Positions 26,600 through 34,656 of a stretch of 40,083 nt of DNA are shown here, in pieces. The stretch is from a virus (taxonomy: Duplodnaviria; Caudoviricetes). The DNA lies in the IMG/VR virus record IMGVR_UViG_3300011438_000022, positions 1 through 40,083 of that record, one strand, 5' to 3'. Position numbers and translations under genes: made by a program. How positions within the stretch are numbered: position 1 is the first letter of the stretch; each line of letters opens with the position of its first letter. The notes under the pieces are model-generated. The model did no database searches and was not told where the DNA came from. It saw only the letters and a program-made list of their open reading frames with translations.

Positions 26600-27001
26600 T
26601 CATAGTACATGAAAGCTGGGAGATTGAGGCAGCATTTCTCGGACAATACCTTTTCCTGCAAGTTTCCTTAAAAGATCGATTTCTTTGGCAGATCTAAGAA
26701 AGTCCTTAACAAGCTCTCGCGCTTTATCAACGAAGAGCTTTCTAATTTCGCTCCTAAACTTCTTTTGATTTTCCGGAGTACTTAAATCAGCCTCAGGAAC
26801 TGGAATTATAAGTTGAGGGTGTTCCTGTAGGCGACCTGACGCAACGGCTCTCCCAACTTTTCTAATAAAATGATCTCGATGATTTGTTTTTGCAATACCG
26901 AAAACCATTTTATTGTTATCAACCAGACAGGCAACTGTCATTCGTTTTCCTTTAGCGCAAGGATCATCCTTGGCTTTGGAATGATAATACAAGATTTCCA
27001 T
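26600..27001 (-). CDS. Small phage protein with a TVA...GIA.....D.F.RK.GR.VA.GR motif
   Basis: Motif recalled from small phage nucleotide-binding families; directly follows the NAMPT-like gene. Confidence 0.65.
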   Translation of the reverse strand: MEILYYHSKAKDDPCAKGKRMTVACLVDNNKMVFGIAKTNHRDHFIRKVGRAVASGRLQEHPQLIIPVPEADLSTPENQKKFRSEIRKLFVDKARELVKDFLRSAKEIDLLRKLAGKGIVREMLPQSPSFHVL

Positions 27002-27005
27002 ATAT

Positions 27006-28679
27006 TTATTTGTTTAAATTTGACTTTATTTCGTCTAAAGTCCAGTCTTTTAGTAATTTTCCGTCTCTGAAGATTTCTTTGAGTTCGCCTTTCTCTTGAT
27101 CTTCCCAGCTTACTTCTTCTAAAACTTCATAGTGATCGTGATAAAATCTATTACTCATAGGTTCGACTTGACCTATACTAACAACTCTTAATAGTCCCTT
27201 TGAGCTTTTTTTTGTTCCATCGTCTGTTACAGGATCCTTGAAAATATTTATCTCTTTTCCATTAACTACCACATAGGTTGCTTTCATTGCCAGTCCACAA
27301 GTATCACGAGTGATGTGTTGATAAGTAAAAGAACCAATCCCAAAAATACATTGAGAGACAAAACCTTTATCATGTAGTCTTTTACAGATATTTTCAGCTA
27401 CTTTAAGACTAATTGAATCACCATAGATTGCTCCAATATGTGAATCAAGTAGTTTAAACCCTTTATTAGTATTAGTACCTCCAAATAAATCCCAGAGACA
27501 CTCTATTACTCCTTTAAGCTCAGCTTTACTCACTTCACCTCTTTTATTTAAAGCGTCTTTGCGATAACCATCACCACCATAAAGAAAATAACGACCGTTC
27601 CATTCAAGTACTTCTGGACTCTCTCCATTATACTTGTTCCAATAAGGATTACTATACCAATTATCAAAGGCGCGGCATGACCAATCTTCTGTTGCGTCAG
27701 GATCACTGCACGTAAGATGCATTATTTTATCTGAATTCCAACCACAAATAATATCTGCCGGATCTCCAGAATCCGGCCTAATTACTAGTTTTCCGTCTCG
27801 TCCAAGGATTTCATCCTTAAGTGCTGGTAAAATGCGTTCTAAGACGTCCCAGAGGCTCCAGGTATCGCTCACTACCGAAAGGAAGCCACTTGGATATACT
27901 TCGGTAATAAGTCTTCTAAAGGTCTCCAATTCGTTCTCAGAGCCACCAGCGCACATAACTGAATGTTCAGTAGCTGGAATTGATCCTCCAATAAATCCAG
28001 TTGCATTGTAATATTTTTGAAGAAATGGAATAGCTGGTATTGTATCGGTTCCTGAAAAGGATAAAAGATGCCCCGCTCCACTCAGACAAGCCGATTCAAA
28101 TGAGCTCATTCCTCTGAATGAAAAATCATGCCCTTGAAAAGGGACTACTGCTCTCGGAAATCCCGTCTTTTCTCCCCATTTATCAAATATTCTACGATAT
28201 TCTTTAGCTATAGTGGCAGAGGTGGAGGCTTGCCAAATACAAGCACTAAGTATTGTCTCAAGGAAATTTGTAACCCAATAAAACTCTGGCTTCGTGTTAT
28301 AAATTGTGAGACATGGAACTCTCATATCAACTTGAGACCCTTCTGGTAGTGCTTTAATTACGATAGGTATATATCCTAAATCGTGCAAAGACAAAATATG
28401 ATCATAGGTTGGTAAGTCTGATCCAAGGGATGTTTTTATGAGTTCTTTGTACTCGGCAAGTATCTCTTCTCTTGATCTTGAAAAGAAGTTCCTATTAAAA
28501 TAATCAATTAGATATTCTTTAATAAAGTACTGAGGTCCAAAAAGCACCATCTTATCTACTCCTTCAATTCTTGATTTTCTCGGCGTGAGATTAGAGTAGA
28601 CAAATGTTGTTCCTTTTGGATACTGGAAAGGATGGCCGACTTTGTAAAAGTCACATAAAAAGAGAGGGTTGATGTCCAT
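27006..28679 (-). CDS. Nicotinamide phosphoribosyltransferase-like protein (probable Namat of NARP1)
   Basis: CDFYKVGHPFQYP, HDFSFRG, GTDT, PATEHSVM, SVVSDTW, VIRPDSGDP, IYGDSI and KDPVTDDGTKKS. Confidence 0.93.
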   Translation of the reverse strand: MDINPLFLCDFYKVGHPFQYPKGTTFVYSNLTPRKSRIEGVDKMVLFGPQYFIKEYLIDYFNRNFFSRSREEILAEYKELIKTSLGSDLPTYDHILSLHDLGYIPIVIKALPEGSQVDMRVPCLTIYNTKPEFYWVTNFLETILSACIWQASTSATIAKEYRRIFDKWGEKTGFPRAVVPFQGHDFSFRGMSSFESACLSGAGHLLSFSGTDTIPAIPFLQKYYNATGFIGGSIPATEHSVMCAGGSENELETFRRLITEVYPSGFLSVVSDTWSLWDVLERILPALKDEILGRDGKLVIRPDSGDPADIICGWNSDKIMHLTCSDPDATEDWSCRAFDNWYSNPYWNKYNGESPEVLEWNGRYFLYGGDGYRKDALNKRGEVSKAELKGVIECLWDLFGGTNTNKGFKLLDSHIGAIYGDSISLKVAENICKRLHDKGFVSQCIFGIGSFTYQHITRDTCGLAMKATYVVVNGKEINIFKDPVTDDGTKKSSKGLLRVVSIGQVEPMSNRFYHDHYEVLEEVSWEDQEKGELKEIFRDGKLLKDWTLDEIKSNLNK

Positions 28680-29079
28680 TTTTTAATTTTTTGTATTTTA
28701 AGTATAAATCTAGAGCTTCTTCCAAAATATCTAAAGCTTCTAGTAAACCTGCTCTATCGTCAAGATAAATATTAGCATAGACTTTTCCATTATTACCATA
28801 AGGAAGTGGTATAGGGTTGAAGTTAATGCCATCAACATCTATCCCCTTTTCATGACATATAGCCACCATTTCAGGGTATCTGGAAGTTCCTGCGGCGGTG
28901 TTAATTATTAAACAACAACCAGCTTTTTGACACTCTTTTAAGAGTTTAATTACTCTTCCAGAGTAATCAGGCACTATTCCCTTATGCGGAACTAGAGTAT
29001 CATCAAAATCAACAGCTATTATTATTCTTTCGTGTTCACACCATTCATTGTAGAGTCTTTCGATGTAGGGATTGGTCAT
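28651..29079 (-). CDS. Capless HAD-superfamily phosphatase
   Basis: Motif I IAVDFDDTL, motif II INT and motifs III/IV KVYANIYLDDRA. Confidence 0.85.
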   Translation of the reverse strand: MTNPYIERLYNEWCEHERIIIAVDFDDTLVPHKGIVPDYSGRVIKLLKECQKAGCCLIINTAAGTSRYPEMVAICHEKGIDVDGINFNPIPLPYGNNGKVYANIYLDDRAGLLEALDILEEALDLYLKYKKLKNGHQPSLFM

Positions 29080-29936
29080 ATTATGTCATAAATTTTTAAA
29101 AAGTCTTTTGGTAATATACATAAGCCTAATGCCAAATCCCAGTCCTCGTTTCGACTATTAGTAACAAAAATCTTTTCAAATCTTTCACTGAGGGAAAGAA
29201 ATAAATTACTAAATATTCCATGAGAGATCGCTAAATAATGCTCCCCTCTATAGCCGTTCCTTTTAAGTTCGTCTGAAAGTGCAGTAAAAGTTCTTCCTCC
29301 TACACAGATGTCATCAATTATTAAAATATCTTGTAAGCTTTTTTTCTTGGCTTTTGGAACAGTTAAAGTTAATTCACCTGTTTGATGATTTCTAGATTTA
29401 CTAGCTGTTATTATATCTCCTCTGAACTGAAGATCATTGATCAGTTTAAAGATTTTCTTATAAGCACCTGCATCCGGACTAACTATTGTCCAATCATGCA
29501 TGTCTTTTCCTTCTCTTGGAGTGTTTAACACTGACCGAATGAACTCTAAATTTGATTGTACGTAGACATTTTTTAATAAAGCTGGAGTGACATCTGAGTG
29601 TGGATCAAAAATAATGTACTCATCTACATTTAAGGAATTTAAGATCTTACAAATGGTCTTAAGAGAAAAACACTCGCCTATTCCAAAATCTCTATCCGCT
29701 TGAGAGTAGGGAAAATAAGGAATTCTTACTTTTACCTGCCTATGTTTAAAGTCTTTATGAAGCGTATCTACAACTATGCAAAGTAGAATTATATCGTCAG
29801 AGTTGTTTAATCGCGTTACTACTTCAAAAGAGGTGGCACAAGTAGGGTCTAACTTAAAATTCCACTCACCTCCAGGAAACCTGGTTATTTTATAATCCAT
29901 AAATTCCCCAATGCCGTTGGTTAAATCTATTTTCAT
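29076..29936 (-). CDS. Ribose-phosphate pyrophosphokinase-like protein (probable Adps of NARP1)
   Basis: FPGGE, PYFPYSQADR, DPHS, VSPDAGAYKK and PRPP loop IIDDICVGGRTF; start placed at the ATG at 29936. Confidence 0.92.
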   Translation of the reverse strand: MKIDLTNGIGEFMDYKITRFPGGEWNFKLDPTCATSFEVVTRLNNSDDIILLCIVVDTLHKDFKHRQVKVRIPYFPYSQADRDFGIGECFSLKTICKILNSLNVDEYIIFDPHSDVTPALLKNVYVQSNLEFIRSVLNTPREGKDMHDWTIVSPDAGAYKKIFKLINDLQFRGDIITASKSRNHQTGELTLTVPKAKKKSLQDILIIDDICVGGRTFTALSDELKRNGYRGEHYLAISHGIFSNLFLSLSERFEKIFVTNSRNEDWDLALGLCILPKDFLKIYDII

Positions 29937-29941
29937 AATGT

Positions 29942-30121
29942 TCAAATTTTATGTTTACGCCAAAGATCTTGCAGAAATCCAACTAGTAATGCGGTTAGGC
30001 ATAATGGCCAGAGACCCCACCAGACAAGTGGAAGCATCCAGTCGCCGTCTGTATCTATTTTTCTTACAGATCCGTTTATGACAGTATAAACTAGACCGAT
30101 TAGTATGTATATTAGTAACAT
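29942..30121 (-). CDS. 59-aa two-TM membrane protein (MLLIYILIGLVYTVING...WMLPLVWWGLWPLCLTALLVGFL...), not in the ORF track
   Basis: Translated by hand; lies between the terminator and the PRS-like gene and has a Y..IG / WP membrane-hairpin pattern. Confidence 0.75.
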   Translation of the reverse strand: MLLIYILIGLVYTVINGSVRKIDTDGDWMLPLVWWGLWPLCLTALLVGFLQDLWRKHKI

Positions 30122-30140
30122 AATATTTTAATTTTAGTTT

Positions 30141-30181
30141 AAAAAAAGACGGAGATTCACCATGCTGGGCTAGTCTCCGTC
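30141..30181 (-). terminator. Terminator-like hairpin with a large loop
   Basis: GACGGAGA-(18 nt)-TCTCCGTC followed by T7. Confidence 0.75.
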
Positions 30182-30600
30182 GAATTTTTGTTTCTTCCTC
30201 AAAACAGTTTTAACGACTTCTGATTACTAACTTTCGCTATTAATCAGCCAGTATGCTTTTTTTGGCTACTTGAATCCCATTTCTTCTTAGATTTGGCCAC
30301 TTTCAAGTAGTTTAGAAACATAAATGATGGTCTTATGCTTTTGTGCTTGCTGTGCGCGAAGCTGCTGCCGAGGCCTCATTCGGGGCCGCAATCTTTCTTA
30401 GAACATACGAATTATACTACCTTCGGACAATTGTCCTCGCCGACTCGGTCACTTATGAGTATATGACGGGCGATGCTCCCGCAACGCATTAGCTTTCACA
30501 CTTCTGCGACAAAACTTGTGGTCTTGTTGACTTTACTACTATCCCATATGAGGTCCCATAAAGTGGGATTTCAACCCACGATGTTCTAAGTTCATTGCAA
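30141..30600 (-). ncRNA. Candidate large structured ncRNA or leader of about 460 nt, family not recognised
   Basis: Largest ORF-poor gap in the window, GC-enriched, with a 10+7 bp long-range stem, two T-arm-like hairpins, a GAAA-capped hairpin and a 3' terminator. Confidence 0.65.
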
Positions 30601-30601
30601 G

Positions 30602-30817
30602 TTATTTTTTAAGAAGACTTTCTAAATCATCTTTCTTTTTCTGCAAATTTTTTACAGTATTCTCCATTTTAGTGAGAAGGAGTTTAAAATCTTCTATAGA
30701 GCTTTCATCAAATTCTCCGTTCGAGTACTTCGCCCAGTCTAAGTGACCGGTTAAAACACTCAAAAGAGAAAGTTGGTCTTTAATTGAATTAAGTTCAAAA
30801 ACTGAAGGTATTATCAA
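30602..30817 (-). CDS. Small hypothetical protein with a coiled-coil C-terminus
   Basis: TTG start overlapping the AAA ATPase stop. Confidence 0.55.
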   Translation of the reverse strand: MIIPSVFELNSIKDQLSLLSVLTGHLDWAKYSNGEFDESSIEDFKLLLTKMENTVKNLQKKKDDLESLLKK

Positions 30818-31692
30818 GATTCTTGAGTGATTTGAGTTTTATATGATTCAGTAGCTTTTTCGAGCGCATCTTTGAGTGGAATACTGTATGCTATCATATC
30901 TAAGAGTATATGTTTTGCATAATCTATAGGAAGATTAGATTTATGAACTTCATGAATTATTTCTCCCACTTCAAGATTATCTTTGACACGTTTTAACTGC
31001 CCCTCAGTCAGACCTTTTAATTCGTGAAGTATAAATCCTTCTATTACACTTCTGTCTAATTGGTCGAATTCTTCAATAATTGAAATTCTTGACGGCCTGT
31101 TTCTTAAAGAGACAGGAATCTTGTTAATATAGTTTGTCGTGGTCATAAAGCAAACATTTTCAATTTGTCTAAACCCGTCCAAAATACTCCCTAAGAGAGA
31201 TGCATTGCTGGCATATCCGACAAATTCATGTATTTCTTCAAATATTACAACAACCGGAGTTGTTTTTTCTTTTCCTCGAGCTGCCTTGATAAGGTGATGA
31301 ATTAAGCCCAAATCACTGTGATCCTGAATATAAATGCAAATAGCTCCATGCAGTTTAACAAGAGCCTTACAAACGTATTTTATAAAAGAAGACTTGCCTG
31401 TTCCAGGTCTTCCATAAAAAAGGCATCCTAAAAGATGGTTAAACCCTAAGGAAGAATAAAGCTCTATAGTATCTTTTTCAAAAAATTTCATAATCTTGGC
31501 TTCAATCCCTTTATACTTTCCTTCGAAAGGTATTAACTTCCCTGTTGGCTTGTATGTCCTAAAATATGAGCTTTTAGACATTCCGTCTGAGTGAACGCCT
31601 ATTTCGTAAAAGCCTGGAGGCAAATCTACTACTGTTTCCTCTCCGTCAAACACAGGAGAAGGGTAAAAATTATTATTATATTTTTTAAACAT
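30814..31692 (-). CDS. AAA+ ATPase (single domain)
   Basis: Walker A GRPGTGKS, Walker B VIFEE, LDG, sensor TTN and NRPSR arginine finger. Confidence 0.9.
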   Translation of the reverse strand: MFKKYNNNFYPSPVFDGEETVVDLPPGFYEIGVHSDGMSKSSYFRTYKPTGKLIPFEGKYKGIEAKIMKFFEKDTIELYSSLGFNHLLGCLFYGRPGTGKSSFIKYVCKALVKLHGAICIYIQDHSDLGLIHHLIKAARGKEKTTPVVVIFEEIHEFVGYASNASLLGSILDGFRQIENVCFMTTTNYINKIPVSLRNRPSRISIIEEFDQLDRSVIEGFILHELKGLTEGQLKRVKDNLEVGEIIHEVHKSNLPIDYAKHILLDMIAYSIPLKDALEKATESYKTQITQES

Positions 31693-31693
31693 G

Positions 31694-32311
31694 TTATTTT
31701 TTTTGAAGTACGTAATACTGTTCTGTTTTAATTTTGGTAAACGTTTTTCTTACGAAGTTATTAGCTTCAGCCATTTTCTTGAGTCCTGGAGTAGCACAGT
31801 TTTTTGAGTCCTTTCTAAAATACTCTGTCGATGACATGTGACACGCAGGAGATACAAAATAAGCTCCGGATTTCATAGCTTTAAGTATTTTTATTTCCAG
31901 AGATAGTTCAAGTTTAAAATCGTGAATGGGGCAATACATATAAATAATATCGTATTTCATGTAGGCATTGAAGTCGAATGCATCAATATATTGCGTATCC
32001 GTCGTTAAGGAAAAATGCTCAAGATTTTGGTCATACTCTATTCCAACACCTTTTAATCCAGCTGAATTAGCTAAATGTACTATATTACCTATTCCTGCTC
32101 CTACATCTAAGAAATTTTCTGCTCCCTTGTTTTTTAATTTTACCAGGAGTTTAAACAAAGAAACATAATCGTAGAAAGGAACAAACTCATAATAACTATT
32201 ATTTTTCCTTAGTTTTTTCCCTTCTAAAAGCTTAATTCTTTCTCTTGCCCGTCTTAATTGTTGAACAAGTTGACCATATCCTTCTAATAATTTAATTGTT
32301 GTTTGGTCCAT
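31694..32311 (-). CDS. Class I SAM-dependent methyltransferase
   Basis: FLDVGAGIG, GIE, DAF and YDIIYMYCP; start placed at MDQTT. Confidence 0.8.
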   Translation of the reverse strand: MDQTTIKLLEGYGQLVQQLRRARERIKLLEGKKLRKNNSYYEFVPFYDYVSLFKLLVKLKNKGAENFLDVGAGIGNIVHLANSAGLKGVGIEYDQNLEHFSLTTDTQYIDAFDFNAYMKYDIIYMYCPIHDFKLELSLEIKILKAMKSGAYFVSPACHMSSTEYFRKDSKNCATPGLKKMAEANNFVRKTFTKIKTEQYYVLQKK

Positions 32312-32312
32312 A

Positions 32313-33101
32313 TTATAAAGATTTAAAAGTTCTTTCAATTTGTTTCACAAAATTTATAAAGTCAGGATCGAATCTTATATCTTTCCTCCAAGCTAACCCT
32401 TGCTTAGCAAGGTTAGTTTCATACTTTATAACTGCTCCTGGAATCTTATTGCCTTCTGAATCTTTATCATACCCTAAAATCCATGCTTTATCACTAAGAG
32501 CAAGGGAGGGTTCTAAAATATGCGACGAAATAATAACTGTGTTAAATTCATCTAACTTGGCTACTTTATTTATTACATCGCAGAGCTTATCGATTGCTTT
32601 GAGATCCAGTCCACTAAACGGTTCATCGAACAAAATAAAATGTTCCGAACAGAGTAATTGTTGTACGATTGCTGCTCTTTGACGTTGACCGCCGCTCAAT
32701 TGAGCTGGGTATTTTGATTTATGTTCAAAAAGATTAAATTCATTTAAGTAAAATTCAATCTTGGGTGTGTCTGAAGACACTAGCTTTAAATTCGAGATTA
32801 AGGTTCTATGTTGAAATAAAGGATATTTCTGGTCTACAAGCCCCACTAAGCCAGCTTTCACTGGTTTTTGCCCGGGACCAAGAAGTATTTTACCAGAGGT
32901 TGGTTGCACGAGACCTGCAATCATTTTCATGAGTTGTGTTTTTCCTACTCCAGATTCTCCTATGAGTGTAACTACTTGACCTGTAGTTTCTTCTCTTAAA
33001 ATATCTTTTATTTCGAAACTGATATCCCTTAATATCAAATTACTACCAAAACTTAAACTCACTGAGTCTAAAGTTAGTAGAGTTTGTCCTAGTTGGTACA
33101 T
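32313..33101 (-). CDS. ABC transporter ATP-binding subunit (TauB/SsuB-like)
   Basis: Walker A GESGVGKT, Q-loop, LSGGQ signature, Walker B ILFDEPF and H-loop SSH. Confidence 0.95.
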   Translation of the reverse strand: MYQLGQTLLTLDSVSLSFGSNLILRDISFEIKDILREETTGQVVTLIGESGVGKTQLMKMIAGLVQPTSGKILLGPGQKPVKAGLVGLVDQKYPLFQHRTLISNLKLVSSDTPKIEFYLNEFNLFEHKSKYPAQLSGGQRQRAAIVQQLLCSEHFILFDEPFSGLDLKAIDKLCDVINKVAKLDEFNTVIISSHILEPSLALSDKAWILGYDKDSEGNKIPGAVIKYETNLAKQGLAWRKDIRFDPDFINFVKQIERTFKSL

Positions 33102-33337
33102 TATAGTTGATCAAGGTCTTTTAATGGTTCTCCTGACATTGAAACAAGAGCTTTAATTAGTTGATCCCTTTTTTTTATAGCTATTGCTTCTGATTCAAAC
33201 CACAACTCCATAGTCTGACCATTTTTGAGTCGAATTGAAAGATAAGATTGAATAGGATTTAATTTATAGGTAAAGATTTTACTTATAGTACAAATTTGTT
33301 TTACATCTATAACGTTTTCACTAATGATTACTATCAT
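33101..33337 (-). CDS. Small beta-rich hypothetical protein (MIVIISENVIDVKQI...)
   Basis: ORF track 33101..33409; the ATG at 33337 is the likelier start. Confidence 0.6.
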   Translation of the reverse strand: MIVIISENVIDVKQICTISKIFTYKLNPIQSYLSIRLKNGQTMELWFESEAIAIKKRDQLIKALVSMSGEPLKDLDQL

Positions 33338-33548
33338 GGCTGGCGTATTTATTAGGTGAAAAAAAGACTCCTTTTGATAATCCTGGAAGTGTGTACACAT
33401 GAAACTCAAATAGTCTCATGCACTGGCCACATTGAAATAAAAGTGTCGTGTTATCGTCTGTAAGAGATCTGGAGCCGGTAGCATTACAAGCTGGGCATTT
33501 ATCAACCAAATCTTCAGTTGCAAATATTTGGGGTTTAACTATATTCAT
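33321..33548 (-). CDS. Zn-ribbon protein
   Basis: CPAC...CGQC. Confidence 0.65.
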   Translation of the reverse strand: MNIVKPQIFATEDLVDKCPACNATGSRSLTDDNTTLLFQCGQCMRLFEFHVYTLPGLSKGVFFSPNKYASHDSNH

Positions 33549-33559
33549 AAGTTTAAAAT

Positions 33560-33766
33560 TTAATCATTTCTTGTTTTTATTGCTGCTACAATAAGAAAGA
33601 TTGTTGCAAACATACTTGCGTAGAAACAGGTCATCCAGCAATCATGTGTTGGAAGTTTCTGACAAAACAATATTAGTCCAATCAATGCAGAAATCAAGAC
33701 GATTGATAAGGAAACAAGAAATATTGCAAGTAGGAAAAACATGAAAAGTTCTTTAAAAGTTTTCAT
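33560..33766 (-). CDS. Small two-TM membrane protein
   Basis: Two long hydrophobic runs; ATGA overlap with the permease stop. Confidence 0.7.
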   Translation of the reverse strand: MKTFKELFMFFLLAIFLVSLSIVLISALIGLILFCQKLPTHDCWMTCFYASMFATIFLIVAAIKTRND

Positions 33767-34536
33767 TTTTTAACGTTTAAAACGGTGTACGGAAATAGGA
33801 AATACTTTAATTTTGTAAGAAATACGTCAAGTAAAATACCAGTCAAGAGAATATATATCTGAACTGCATAAACATATTCAAATTTAAACCATTTATTTAA
33901 ATCTGATAGAATTACTCCTATTCCTCCTTGAGACTTACAAAGATTTTCAACTGTCGCAAGCATCATCCAGGCAATAGCAAAATTTTGTCTTATTGATTCA
34001 AAGACTTTATCCAATTTCCCCACTATAATTACTTCCCAAAGTGTTTTCCATTGATTTAGTTGTAATGTTCTTGCGTAGTTAATCTCATCTTGAGTAGTAC
34101 TGGTTACTACTGAGTAAATGGAATCTACTAGAAATGCACTAATTCCAAATGTCAGAAGCATTACTTTCTGTTCGTCCACATTTGAACTTAGTTTCATGAA
34201 TAAAAATGAAATTCCTACTGTCGGAAGAAATCTGAACTTAGTTAAATAATAAGAAAAGGATTTAAAGAGTGGAATTGTTGCTATATAAGCTATAAACATT
34301 GAAATAATAGCAGCTATACCTATTCCTTTAAAACAAAGACCTATTGAGATTATAAAATGTCTTACCAGATCTTTGGTAGATATTAAATCATAAGCGGCTT
34401 CCGCAATTTCTCTTGGGCGCGGGAGAAGTGTTGAGTTAGCTAAAGACCAAAAGAGTATAATAGTTACTAAAGTTCCGATATTAACAATTGTTCGATCTCT
34501 CGAAGACAAATGTTCGTTTGGTGTAAGTAATTTCAT
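33763..34536 (-). CDS. ABC transporter permease (TauC/SsuC-like)
   Basis: About 6 TM segments, LLPRP, EAA-like DEINYARTL and AIAWMMLATVE...GGIG. Confidence 0.9.
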   Translation of the reverse strand: MKLLTPNEHLSSRDRTIVNIGTLVTIILFWSLANSTLLPRPREIAEAAYDLISTKDLVRHFIISIGLCFKGIGIAAIISMFIAYIATIPLFKSFSYYLTKFRFLPTVGISFLFMKLSSNVDEQKVMLLTFGISAFLVDSIYSVVTSTTQDEINYARTLQLNQWKTLWEVIIVGKLDKVFESIRQNFAIAWMMLATVENLCKSQGGIGVILSDLNKWFKFEYVYAVQIYILLTGILLDVFLTKLKYFLFPYTVLNVKK

Positions 34537-34568
34537 AATTTACTTTCTTGAATTTTACTCTAAAATAC

Positions 34569-34641
34569 AGAGAGGGGGAAGATTCGAACTTCCGACCCCT
34601 TCATTAATAGTCAAGTGCTCTATACACTGAGCTACCCTCTC
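34569..34641 (-). tRNA. Aberrant tRNA or tRNA-like element, anticodon AUU (nominally Asn)
   Basis: 73-nt cloverleaf: GAGAGGG/CCCTCTC acceptor, GCTC/GAGC D stem, CTATTAA anticodon loop, GGAAG-TTCGAAT-CTTCC T arm; no GG in the D loop, G:G mismatch in the anticodon stem, no encoded CCA. Confidence 0.8.
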
Positions 34642-34656
34642 TGTTTGAACTTAAAG

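Noticed and set aside
25275-28081. Nested minus-strand ORFs 25275..25472 and 27872..28081
   Set aside because: They are fully inside longer genes in another frame, with no independent support
30287-30379. 30-codon ORF MRPRQQLRAQQAQKHKTIIYVSKLLESGQI inside the structured region
   Set aside because: It is short, its ATG is buried in a GC hairpin, and it lacks the A-rich initiation context used by other genes; it could be a leader peptide but is unsupported
30141-30600. Assignment as tmRNA, RNase P RNA, or a group I or II intron
   Set aside because: There are no GGGG...TCCACCA ends or ALAA-type tag, no GAGGAAAGUCC, no P7 R/S elements or domain V, and no interrupted gene on either side
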